From Oopsacas minuta (lineage: Eukaryota; Animalia; Porifera), in NCBI GenBank assembly GCA_024704765.1, contig JAKMXF010000318.1, positions 186,001 through 250,000 of the forward strand: 64,000 nucleotides of DNA, in the 5' to 3' direction. Positions 1-9,446 of this stretch are shown piece by piece. Under the pieces are notes generated by a model. It saw nothing but the letters and a program-made list of their open reading frames with translations. It searched no databases and had not been told where the DNA came from. How positions within the stretch are numbered: the first letter of the stretch is position 1; the number at the start of each line of letters is the position of its first letter. The translations under genes and the position numbers were made by a program.

Positions 1-3000
1 GTTAAAGGAATTTACAATATAAAGCTAGTAGACAAATCTCACTTGATCAGAAATGCTGTCTCCCGAATCGATACTGAAAGCTGAGCCATTTGGTATGAGA
101 TCTTCTTGGAATCTCGTGATTTGTATATTTATGATACATGGACAGTTTTGTTGAAGCAGGAGTGACCAGAAATCAAACATCGTAGTTGATAACGGTTCTT
201 GTGTAACAATAAAGTTATTCTCAAGCCAGTATCCCTATAACAAAATGAAAATGATTGCAGATGTAGTTCGTGTATTTAATGAATTGTAGATTGTACAATT
301 GTGCAAGCCAATTATTGCATGATTTTGAAAGTTCTTTTACATCATAGAAGGAGTATACTCCAGCTTTTGGATTCAACACAGAGAATTAAAGGAGCGCTGA
401 ACGAGAGCGCGTTCCAAGAAATGAAGAGAGCTTAATGCCCTGATTCAACACTGAAAGTAATTTGACGATCAAATAATTTATGGCTATTAATGCGGTAACA
501 TATACTTATACTCATTTATTGAAATTCGATCAAATCCAACCCCCACAGGCTTACTTCTTTATAATTATGATTAATATTAAGCAATATTATAAATGTTAAT
601 AATCAGGCTAACCTGCACAAAACTAGCATTGATATATGAATCTTTAACTGAAACATCAAAGTAGCCTTTTTCGGGTTTATATTGTAGTAATGGAACACAT
701 GTTCGCTGGTCTAGGTAAGGAAATTGAATTGATAAATGTGGTAGTCAATAATTCGTCTATTTAAGAATCATCCAACAATTATAATAAAGTCCCAACTTAC
801 AAGGAATGACTGTACAATCACGATTTTTCACAGAATTAGCTTGTTCGCCAGCAGTTGGGTGGATATATAAATTCTGTGTTTCAGGTAATTTCTAAAATTG
901 AAAGTAATTGTAGCCATTTCTATTCCAAAAAACTGCTATTTAGTGAAAAGCTCTTATACAAATTAGTATATTTAACATGATTGTGCTATATTGGATTGCA
1001 AGCGTAAGTAGCAGTCCCTATCTTGGCATTAATAACGCAAAGATTGTCAAATATATCGATTGTACATAAATGTAAATAGTGGTTTTGGAAAAACACTTTG
1101 TTTTCAATTCTCTATGAATTAACAGTTACTTAACGTATAACATGTACACAATATTAGTATATAAGCAAGTGTTACCGGTAAATGATTAAATAAATAAAAA
1201 TACAAAACAAATGGCAGCCGAAATTCACGAACATTTCAATGATATTAAATCTGAAAGAATGGAGATAGATTTAAAATTAATATATTGTTTTCAACTCAAT
1301 TTGGAAGAAGTTTTGTTTGAAAATGTTGATTGCGTGAGACGAAAAATGGTAAACAATGGCTTAAGTAGGGAACAAATACTGCAATTGAAAGCATTCAGGA
1401 AGCGAGAAAGAGCAAAACTCCGCCGTAAGGAGGAGTTAAAATGTCTAAACAAAGATCTTAACGACTTACAATCTGAGAGAGATGATTTATTAATGGAAAT
1501 GATAGGACTGAAAGAAGAAATCGTGAAATATCAAAAATGGGAAATAATGACCTTTATAGAAGAACTGAATGATCCTACCTCGTACCAAGAAAATTACTTG
1601 TAATTCTGAAATTCTGAATGCAAACGCGGCAAGTAGCAAGTCAATTAATAGCATCCTCGCTTTTTCACGGATACAGTTAACTTGTAATTATTTGCATAAA
1701 ATTTTTTGCTATAATAGCTCAATTAAATTACAATTGCATATTACCGTAGCTAGCTGTTCTAATAGTTGATTATCAGCAGCATATTGAATGCATTTAGACT
1801 CTAAATCTTTAGCTGAAATAACTGTAATTCCACAGAGATAAGCCTCGACAAGAGCATCATGTAGGAATATATATTGTGCCTAAGATATATGTACAAGAAT
1901 TATTAAGTTGGAATGAAATGCTAAAATGCACAAAAATGTGAAAATCGATCTTTTAACCGAAATAATTGGAATTTAGAATTGGATTATTTGTGTACAAGAT
2001 CAGTGATACAGTGCAAGCTCGTTTCTAAGAACACGGTTAATACGAATTTCCAGATAAAGCGAAAATTTTTGACCGTCTGTTGGTGTTCGTATTAACGAGG
2101 TTCCATTGTATATTCTTGAACATACCAAGCTCTGTACCATGTAACCACGTTCCTTTCTAAGCGCTTCTACAGTTTGCCGCACCTCCACACGATTTTCTTC
2201 TGCCATTCTTTGCAGCATTATATCCAGCATTATGAAAGTGCCTGTTCTCCCAACTCCAGCACTAAATATATTAGATAGTATGATTGTAGCGTTAACACCT
2301 AATAAATTAGTTAGGCAGAAATGCTAAAGAGTTACATACTTAATAGCTATTACAAGCACTCATTCAATGTATTATTAGACGCATTGAATAGAAAACTATT
2401 CTATTGCATGAATCATGTATATAGTACATAGCGTGCTTTCAAGGCTGGTACGCTGTATGTTGGATCAAGTCAGTCATAAAAATACACAAATTGAAAGATG
2501 TATATATATATAGGAAGTAAAACTATTCGTTGAATTCATATTGAAACAACGATTACGGAACAAACTAACCTACAATGAACTAGAATCGGTCCATCAGTTG
2601 GATTGACAGCTAATCGCACCTTTCTAACTAAGGTTAAGAGCGGGCTAGCTGAGAGAGGGGCACCAAAATCAGGCCATCCTGTGAACTGAAAATGTGTCAC
2701 TCTCCTCTGTGTGTCACTTGTGACACCTGTCATTTCCTCTGACACCTGATCGGATTGATTGACAGGCGTTAGACTACTGACACTACCTGTAGGAGTTACT
2801 GTTGGTATCTACGGGTTATTATACATAATATTTATACAGGTATATACGTGTATGCGTTATACCAGTGATATATTGAATGTTCTAGTAATGTAGTGAGGAG
2901 TTTTCTGCTTGGAAATTAACTTGACACGAATTCTACCATATTCTTGATACGATTCTTCATCACTAGGCCAATACGTAGCGCATTTTACCTAGGTTAATAC

Positions 3001-4517
3001 AAATATCATAAAGACAACTCTCAGCGTAGCTCAAGGGACAGCGAAAATTTCTTCGATATAACCGATTAAAATATGTTACTTTGACGGTTTGGGACCATTT
3101 TTGTATAATTTCAGACTTTGATATAAGCGGGTATTTCCATTTTGACATATCCATATTCGATGTATGGAAATTGAGTGTATTGGAATTCAATAAATACTCA
3201 CTCTTCCTCCTTCTATTAGGCTACAGGCCATTATAAGCTGTGTAGACTTTTCTTGCCATATCATCCACCAAAAATCTGCTACAGTATCAGCTAATGGACC
3301 TAATATTATTCACATAATAAACAATATATATTTACATAAAATTAGCATAATCAATACCTTGTGCTGCAATATATTCATGTTCTCTATTGTATCCCTATAT
3401 AATATATACCCACAATTCAGGGAATAGTTCTATTACAAATGCGTTGCCATGACAACTGTGGGTGTTGTCAATACATAAGGGCCGCATTTAGGTAAATTTG
3501 TGACAATCAAGACGATAGTTCGCATCCTGAAAATTTCAGGTTTTTCTTGGATTAGCGAGCATCGCCCTTGATGTCGTATAGGCATTTTAAGGGCACTTGA
3601 AAGTATTTTGAATGACATCACGGAATTATGTGGTGTTAATTGTAGGTATCCCTTATTCAAATGGCAAAGCTACACTCTCGTAAAAACTATAAAACTTACG
3701 GAAATATAGTTGGCATTTATGAATCCTGTCTCTTCTACTTTCTCAACTTTAGATCTATTTATCCATACTTCAGGATTCTCATCTTGTATATGTCTCTTCA
3801 AGATTATCCTGCTATGCTCGTCTATACGAAAAATGTTTTTATACAAGCAGTAAAAATTGTGTTAATAATCGCAAATAATGTAGCTAACATGGAAGAATGT
3901 TTTTGTATCTGTTTTTGAGTGCATTTTCAGGCTTGGATGCTGTTACAATTTTACAGTCTTCTATTAAGTCAGCCAGGGCCTAATTGATGAGAAAATACAC
4001 AGAGAATATCTGATAACTTAGAATCTACAACCATAAAATATTTAAAATAACACGAGTATACAAACCTCGTATTCTTCTCTAAACAACTTATCTCTATCTT
4101 TATGCATTGTATAAACTCTGATTAGAAAATCCTCCATTGGGAGAGCAGGAATAGCCTTTATGTGTCCTGTTAATTGTTTTGAAGTACGCACGCATAAACG
4201 TTGTTGATTTGATGCATCTCCTTATATGGTATTGTATAAATTAGGAGGCTATAATGCAATTTCAATAAGATCAGGGCCGTCTGAAACTTACTTGATTTGG
4301 ATCTGTTGATCCTATTGATGAGGTCTTCCTTTGCCATTTCGTCATTATTCATACTGCCCTGCTCTTCATCATAAACATCTCCACGTCTATAGAAACAAAC
4401 ATGTAAACAAATAAAGTAAACAAATTATGGAACAACTCACTTTCTAGTACACAACAATAATAACAAGGATATTACTGGTAAGAGCAGGAGAGAGAGAATA
4501 AGCGCAAATAACAGCAT
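1..4517 (-). CDS. Membrane-anchored receptor-type protein tyrosine phosphatase with tandem D1+D2 domains; multi-exon; 3' end runs off the window start
   Basis: Spliced by eye. TM exon ~4526/4517-4441 (MLLFALILSLLLLPVISLLLLLCTRKR), then wedge PMEDFLIRVYTMHKDRDKLFREEYE, KNRYKNILPYEHSR, GFINANYI, YIAAQGPLADTVADFWWMIWQE, KCATYWP, HFQFTGWPDFG (2786-2570), HCSAGVGRTGTF, MVQSLAQYIFLHDALVEAYLCG. D2 exons: 891-801 (KNRDCTVIP), 710-613 (SYINASFVQ), 234-43 (GYWLENNFIVTQEPLSTTMFDFW). Splice sites checked are GT-AG with compatible phases. Confidence 0.9.
1211..1603 (+). CDS. Small Maf-like bZIP protein with a shortened basic region; nested antisense in a PTP intron
   Basis: 130-aa ORF. GLSREQILQLK...KEELKCLNKDLNDLQSERDDL resembles the Maf extended-homology region and leucine zipper, but the NxxYAxxCR motif is absent. 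Confidence 0.6.
   Translation: MAAEIHEHFNDIKSERMEIDLKLIYCFQLNLEEVLFENVDCVRRKMVNNGLSREQILQLKAFRKRERAKLRRKEELKCLNKDLNDLQSERDDLLMEMIGLKEEIVKYQKWEIMTFIEELNDPTSYQENYL
3011..3140. mobile_element. MITE family A copy (degenerate), in a PTP intron
   Basis: Shares 30 bp (aaaatatgttactttgacggtttgggacca) with 4578-4607 and the same core with the copies at 24718, 36447 and 62470; left end agacaactc resembles the TIR cagtcaactc. Confidence 0.6.
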
Positions 4518-4577
4518 AGCAGATGTCTAATACATCTACGTTAATGGAAAGCAATCAGATATCAATAAATAAGCTCA

Positions 4578-4658
4578 AAAATATGTTACTTTGACGGTTT
4601 GGGACCAGAATTCCAAACTTAGATATAAGCAGGTATTTCGGTTTAACGGGAGTGACCG
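4578..4658. mobile_element. MITE family A copy (5'-truncated)
   Basis: Carries the family A core; the right end aacgggagtgaccg+ta resembles the TIR aacgggagttgactg+TA. Confidence 0.6.
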
Positions 4659-4789
4659 TAAAATCTAAATAACAATCCCATTATACATATGTAGTGTGTA
4701 TTTAAGTTATTAATGTATAAGAGCTGTATATTAGGCGTGGATTATGGATAATGCATTTCTTCTATAAAAAAATATACAGCTTTAATAAG

Positions 4790-5044
4790 TTAACCCAAAA
4801 CAAGTAGATATAGAATAGTAATCAAGTTAATAATAATCAAAGGGCCTCTCATTACAACTCGTATTGAGTGTATTCCAGTAATCAGCTGTCCTTTCATTAG
4901 ATTAGGGTGTTCTTCATTGAAACCAAAGTTTTGATCAGATTTTCTACTCAGTCCAATCCTCTCAAGGAATTCATCATTGAGAATAGCTACAGCATTGATT
5001 AGTAGCAGAGATGCTTCTAAAATACATCCGATAGAAAATGGCAT
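4790..5044 (-). CDS. IER3IP1: Immediate early response 3-interacting protein 1 (Yos1 family), ER membrane protein
   Basis: 84 aa, MPFSIGCILEASLLLINAVAILNDEFLERIG...IHSIRVVMRGPLIIINLITILYLLVLG; collinear with the IER3IP1/Yos1 consensus. ATG at 5044 preferred over the ORF-track start. Confidence 0.92.
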   Translation of the reverse strand: MPFSIGCILEASLLLINAVAILNDEFLERIGLSRKSDQNFGFNEEHPNLMKGQLITGIHSIRVVMRGPLIIINLITILYLLVLG

Positions 5045-5400
5045 CTGAATGCTACTATTAATAATAAATGTTATGTAACACATAGAAATGCAAAATAGAC
5101 ATTATACGGGCATTTGATCTGAAGTGGAAAATGATCAAAAGCACTCTTAAACAGTAAAACTTATATTAAAGCCAAATTATTATACCACAGGGAACTATTA
5201 CCTAATATCTCCAATGATTAGTAAGGCATTTTCGACTGAAAGGGGGGCAATAGTCCGTAAGCATGGGTGTAATAACAGCAATAACAGCAATATTATAAAG
5301 GTTGAATAGAAAATAAAGTAGAACCAGAGATTGAAATATAAACAATTACATCATTAACAATACAAATAGGTACATACTGTGTGCTGTGTCTGTGTGTATA

Positions 5401-8400
5401 TTAATTATTTTGTATCCTATTTCGAGTAACAGAGTCACTACGTTGTGCAGCTCCAGCCATTAACTCCATTAATTGATTTGCACGTACTAAAATCGATTCA
5501 TCTGAGACTTGTGTGAAAGTTAGATCAACTTTGTATACGTTTTCCCATTGAAATGCAAGACAACGCTCGAACCTGCCAAGCTCGTATTCACTGCTGAAAC
5601 AAATAACCCAATCTATCGAGTCGAATTGTAGGATGCAATATGGCTTGCCCTCTTCCACTTGAATCTGGTTCAAATCCATTACATAGCTAAGACTTAGTTT
5701 TTTCAAACACTCTTCATGTTCTAACGTTAAACACAGTATATCAGGAGTTAGAACCAATCCACAGTTCATGACGGTTGATTGAGAATGTGCTTTCGACTCT
5801 TGTATACCTCTACCAAAAACTTCCTCACAAATCCCTTGTTTCCAGCATATCAACTCTTTTTCATTACGCATTGAAATTTTAATACTTATCGCATCACTAC
5901 TTGTAATTTCTAATAAGTGAATCCTATCTCCTTCCTCAGCTAGTGTCCTACATCCAGCGGAACCTCCTTTCAAATCCAGGACCACTTTAGGCTGTTTTTC
6001 CCCCTTTATACCGTATTGAGATAATTTAGAGTTTTTAAGTATAAAGTATCCCTCTCCCCAACTGCTAAATAATTTTTGTTTCTTCCAATTTAGATATCCA
6101 CTTAGACCGATATCATGGTTGTAACCTCCAGGATCTTTCTCGTCATCTTCTGAGGTAAATTTGCCACGGAGCGGGCCGCTCGTCACGATTGAGAAATGTT
6201 TAATTTCCAGATGATCTTTGAGTTCTAAGAGAGCACAAAATTTCTTAATTCGTTTAATATCATTCTCAACAACTTTCAGTGAGAGATCTGAGAATATCCC
6301 TGCTGCCATTCCTTGTCGTATCCCAGCTAGAAGACATTTTGACAACTGCTCATTACCAGTATAACAAGTCAATGTAGTGAAATTCTTCTTGAATATGGTG
6401 ATCAATTGCCAGTTAATCCCAATAGTTATATAGTCTAGATTTGAGAATGTTATTGCGTCTTGTTGACAGAACGTCCCTTGTGCGCCATCTTCTACCATTG
6501 TATATACCGCATGGTCTGTGATAAGAACATATATTATGCTAAACATGCCTAAATATTTGCTGTCGAAAGCGCGAAATACTTTTAGAATTTTCTCCTCGGG
6601 GGATAGAAGGATCTTCACACGTATCATGAGTTGGTTATTCTGCGAAATTTTGACTTCTTCAACAAGCTTAGTTTCGCGATCAGGTCGTTTAATTAACGAC
6701 GAAGAATGGAATTCTTTATCTTCTCCAAACATGCTTCTACTCCTCTCTCTAGCATCGATTACATTCTCAACTTCCCATGGATCATCCCCTCCAATATTTA
6801 AATCGACAAATGATAGAGGAGTAACATTTCTTGGCTCATCAGCTCCATCCCTAACGGACCCCTCCAGGATACTATCAACCCCTTCTTGGCTAGAAGGGTC
6901 AAAGAGACTGATACCAACTACTTTTTCTGTTGTCACACGATCATGTTGATCAAGCGAGTAGAAAGCTGCGAAATTAACTGGTACATTAGTACTTGATTCA
7001 CCTAGTGCTGTATCAAGATAGTTAGATAGGAGACCTTCAAAATCTGTGTTGTCTGAATATGGAGTGAGATTCTCATTATATTCTGGTTTCCTTACCTCAT
7101 CTAACGGCTGCTCAATGCTAGTCTCTAGCTTAATAGGTTTAACGTTAGGAGTATTTTGTTTGCTTTCTCTGGAATGTTGTTCTGATTCAGTATCGGAACA
7201 GTAAGGTGGGGAAATGGGATTGTTTAAGGGGGTCGTGTCCACTACAAGGACTTCTTGTATAGATTCTAGTATAGGAGATGGAGATTTAGATACTGTGTTA
7301 TCGATATTTTCAATCCCTGGTTTACTAGCTTCTAAACGCTCTATAATATGACTGAGTGAAGAATCTGAAGATTCATCCTGTCTATGTGAACTGATTTTAT
7401 CTGAAGAACATGGTGACTCTATTCTCTTCTCACTGGGATGTTCTATAATCGCATCAGAAGATGAAGTATCAGATAATGTTATTTCATTATGTCTGGTCTG
7501 TCTGGGCGTCTCATGGTCTAGACTTACCTCCTCCAGTGATGATATATCTGTTGTGTGCCTACTCCCTTGTGTTGTAGGAGGGTTATTAAGATACACAATA
7601 GATTCACCTGTATGTATATCTTCAGATGAATTATCGCCTCCTAAGATTACCATTTCGCTTGGCGAGGAAGTGGATTTAGTTTCTTCTACGGCAAGATATT
7701 CGTTATCATTTTTCAAAGGTATAGGACTTACCGATTTCTTAGTGAAGCTAGTTTTAGCAGTAAGAGTATTTTCATACTTACTACTACCATAGGAACTATG
7801 TTCTATGTCGAAATCTGCGAAATCTGACACTAGACTCGTGGTATCAGCTATGGAACTATTATCAGCAAGAGAACCACCGTTATCTTCTACCGACCACGTA
7901 CTGTTATCTTTCGATTGACCCAAACGCTGAATTCCGCTATTAATATTCTCTCTTTTCTTATGTTTTCTTTGCTTTTTAACTTTACCTACGTGTGTTACCA
8001 ATCCACCATCTTGATCATTGTAATCATCTCTAAGAGATGATACTTTACGCATTTGGTTAGACACGGATTGACTCCTGGAATTTTCCTGGGAGAAATAATG
8101 ACGTTTGGATTCTATGACAGGACGATGGACACTCATCTGGGTTATGAATGGGTTGAGTTCATCTGGTGTGTCATGACCGTTTTCAATAGTGTTCTTATTC
8201 GGGACATTTCTAGTTATGAAATTATCCAAATCTTCTGTCTGTTCAGACAAGAAAGGGGAGGGATTCGTAACCTGAGGGCTCCTGCGATCAACTGGCGGGA
8301 CGGTTATAGATGAAATAGAGCTTATTGAGCTCTCTAGATCTCTCTCTGATATAAAAGAACCTCTACTTCTATGTGGTTTATTGAACTGCAAATTTTGATC

Positions 8401-8973
8401 AACATATTGTGTAGAAATACAGGGTCTTTTGTCTAAATACTCACAATTCGTATTTAGCTCGAATTTGATAAAATCTAACCCAGACACGTGAGTTTGTAAT
8501 ATTTTCATTCTCTCTGCATCGCGTATAAACGCATCAGGCTTGTAGTAAGAACGAATTGGTTTAGAATCTTCTAGAAACAATCTGAAATAAGATTCCATCA
8601 AATGATCATTCAATGCAATATGTAGCCAAGCTCTTCCCTTCCCAATTGCAGAACGAACTAATGTTAGTTGGTTGATGCAAGTAACAACATTACTATGTGA
8701 GAATGTTTTCAGAAATGGCCAATAACCTCTATCTACTCTATTCAAATTGTGTAATAGTATCATGTCTAGTTGGTAGATCAAAGCTTGAAATGAAGGCGTT
8801 TCATTCGTGATGACGTCAAGATTCTCAAAATCATATGTATGTGCAGTGGGTTGTGTTAAAGTTTCATTTGTATCAGTTTGGATAGAAATGAAGTGGAGAT
8901 GCTTTACACAAATAGAAATATCGTCGAGTAAAATATCTTTTATTTCCGCAGAATTCGTGCCTTTATCATTCAT
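5401..8973 (-). CDS. PLEKHM2: RUN- and PH-domain protein SKIP; single exon
   Basis: N-terminal RUN domain (IKDILLDDISICVK...GKGRAWLHIALNDHLMESYFRLF...VSGLDFIKFEL) matches PLEKHM2. Disordered linker with a W-acidic motif (DDPWEV); C-terminal PH domain (GYLNWKKQKLFSSWGEGYFILKNSKL). Confidence 0.88.
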   Translation of the reverse strand: MNDKGTNSAEIKDILLDDISICVKHLHFISIQTDTNETLTQPTAHTYDFENLDVITNETPSFQALIYQLDMILLHNLNRVDRGYWPFLKTFSHSNVVTCINQLTLVRSAIGKGRAWLHIALNDHLMESYFRLFLEDSKPIRSYYKPDAFIRDAERMKILQTHVSGLDFIKFELNTNCEYLDKRPCISTQYVDQNLQFNKPHRSRGSFISERDLESSISSISSITVPPVDRRSPQVTNPSPFLSEQTEDLDNFITRNVPNKNTIENGHDTPDELNPFITQMSVHRPVIESKRHYFSQENSRSQSVSNQMRKVSSLRDDYNDQDGGLVTHVGKVKKQRKHKKRENINSGIQRLGQSKDNSTWSVEDNGGSLADNSSIADTTSLVSDFADFDIEHSSYGSSKYENTLTAKTSFTKKSVSPIPLKNDNEYLAVEETKSTSSPSEMVILGGDNSSEDIHTGESIVYLNNPPTTQGSRHTTDISSLEEVSLDHETPRQTRHNEITLSDTSSSDAIIEHPSEKRIESPCSSDKISSHRQDESSDSSLSHIIERLEASKPGIENIDNTVSKSPSPILESIQEVLVVDTTPLNNPISPPYCSDTESEQHSRESKQNTPNVKPIKLETSIEQPLDEVRKPEYNENLTPYSDNTDFEGLLSNYLDTALGESSTNVPVNFAAFYSLDQHDRVTTEKVVGISLFDPSSQEGVDSILEGSVRDGADEPRNVTPLSFVDLNIGGDDPWEVENVIDARERSRSMFGEDKEFHSSSLIKRPDRETKLVEEVKISQNNQLMIRVKILLSPEEKILKVFRAFDSKYLGMFSIIYVLITDHAVYTMVEDGAQGTFCQQDAITFSNLDYITIGINWQLITIFKKNFTTLTCYTGNEQLSKCLLAGIRQGMAAGIFSDLSLKVVENDIKRIKKFCALLELKDHLEIKHFSIVTSGPLRGKFTSEDDEKDPGGYNHDIGLSGYLNWKKQKLFSSWGEGYFILKNSKLSQYGIKGEKQPKVVLDLKGGSAGCRTLAEEGDRIHLLEITSSDAISIKISMRNEKELICWKQGICEEVFGRGIQESKAHSQSTVMNCGLVLTPDILCLTLEHEECLKKLSLSYVMDLNQIQVEEGKPYCILQFDSIDWVICFSSEYELGRFERCLAFQWENVYKVDLTFTQVSDESILVRANQLMELMAGAAQRSDSVTRNRIQNN

Positions 8974-9218
8974 CTCAAATAGCTAAATAAATAATATCAT
9001 ATAAAACTTTATAATATTCTAATTGTAAATGGGAGGAAATCGTATTTATAAGCTGAATATAGTGAAGCAGACAATAAAGTGTGAGTTTATGGATATTTAT
9101 TGTTCATATTGTTTCTCTAAAAAAGTAAACAGACAATGGATAAACTGTGTAATATACTAGTCAGGTATTACATAATCCCCAAACAAAATAAGCCACCTTG
9201 TGAGACAAATACGATATA

Positions 9219-9319
9219 CAGTGGAAAGCGCCTGCGAGCAATTCGCATAATAGCAAAATTCGCGTATCAGCAATGAAAATTCTTGTAAAATACGATTCTA
9301 CTTAGGGCGGTTTCCACTG
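9219..9319. mobile_element. 101-bp MITE (Tc1/mariner-pogo type ends)
   Basis: TA|cagtggaaagcgcc ... ggcggtttccactg|TA: ~14-bp TIR with one mismatch and a TA duplication. Confidence 0.8.
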
Positions 9320-9446
9320 TAAAATTATAATTATGAATGCAACAAATATATATATATCATTTCAACAGAATATAAGAGCATAAATACAATTACAACAAAA
9401 ATACAAAAAAGGAAAGCTAATCCTTCATAAATACTGTTATTATTAC

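Noticed and set aside
370-452. gattcaacac direct repeat flanking a GC-richer intronic patch
   Set aside because: Only 10 bp, with no TIRs or second copy; cannot support a TSD/insertion call.
1569-1769. Short plus ORF overlapping the bZIP end; also the idea that the PTP ends after D1
   Set aside because: The ORF is antisense to a PTP exon/intron. D2 exons were found at 891-43, so the PTP is a tandem-domain enzyme.
6518-8313. Three plus-strand ORFs inside PLEKHM2
   Set aside because: Antisense shadows with no homology cues.
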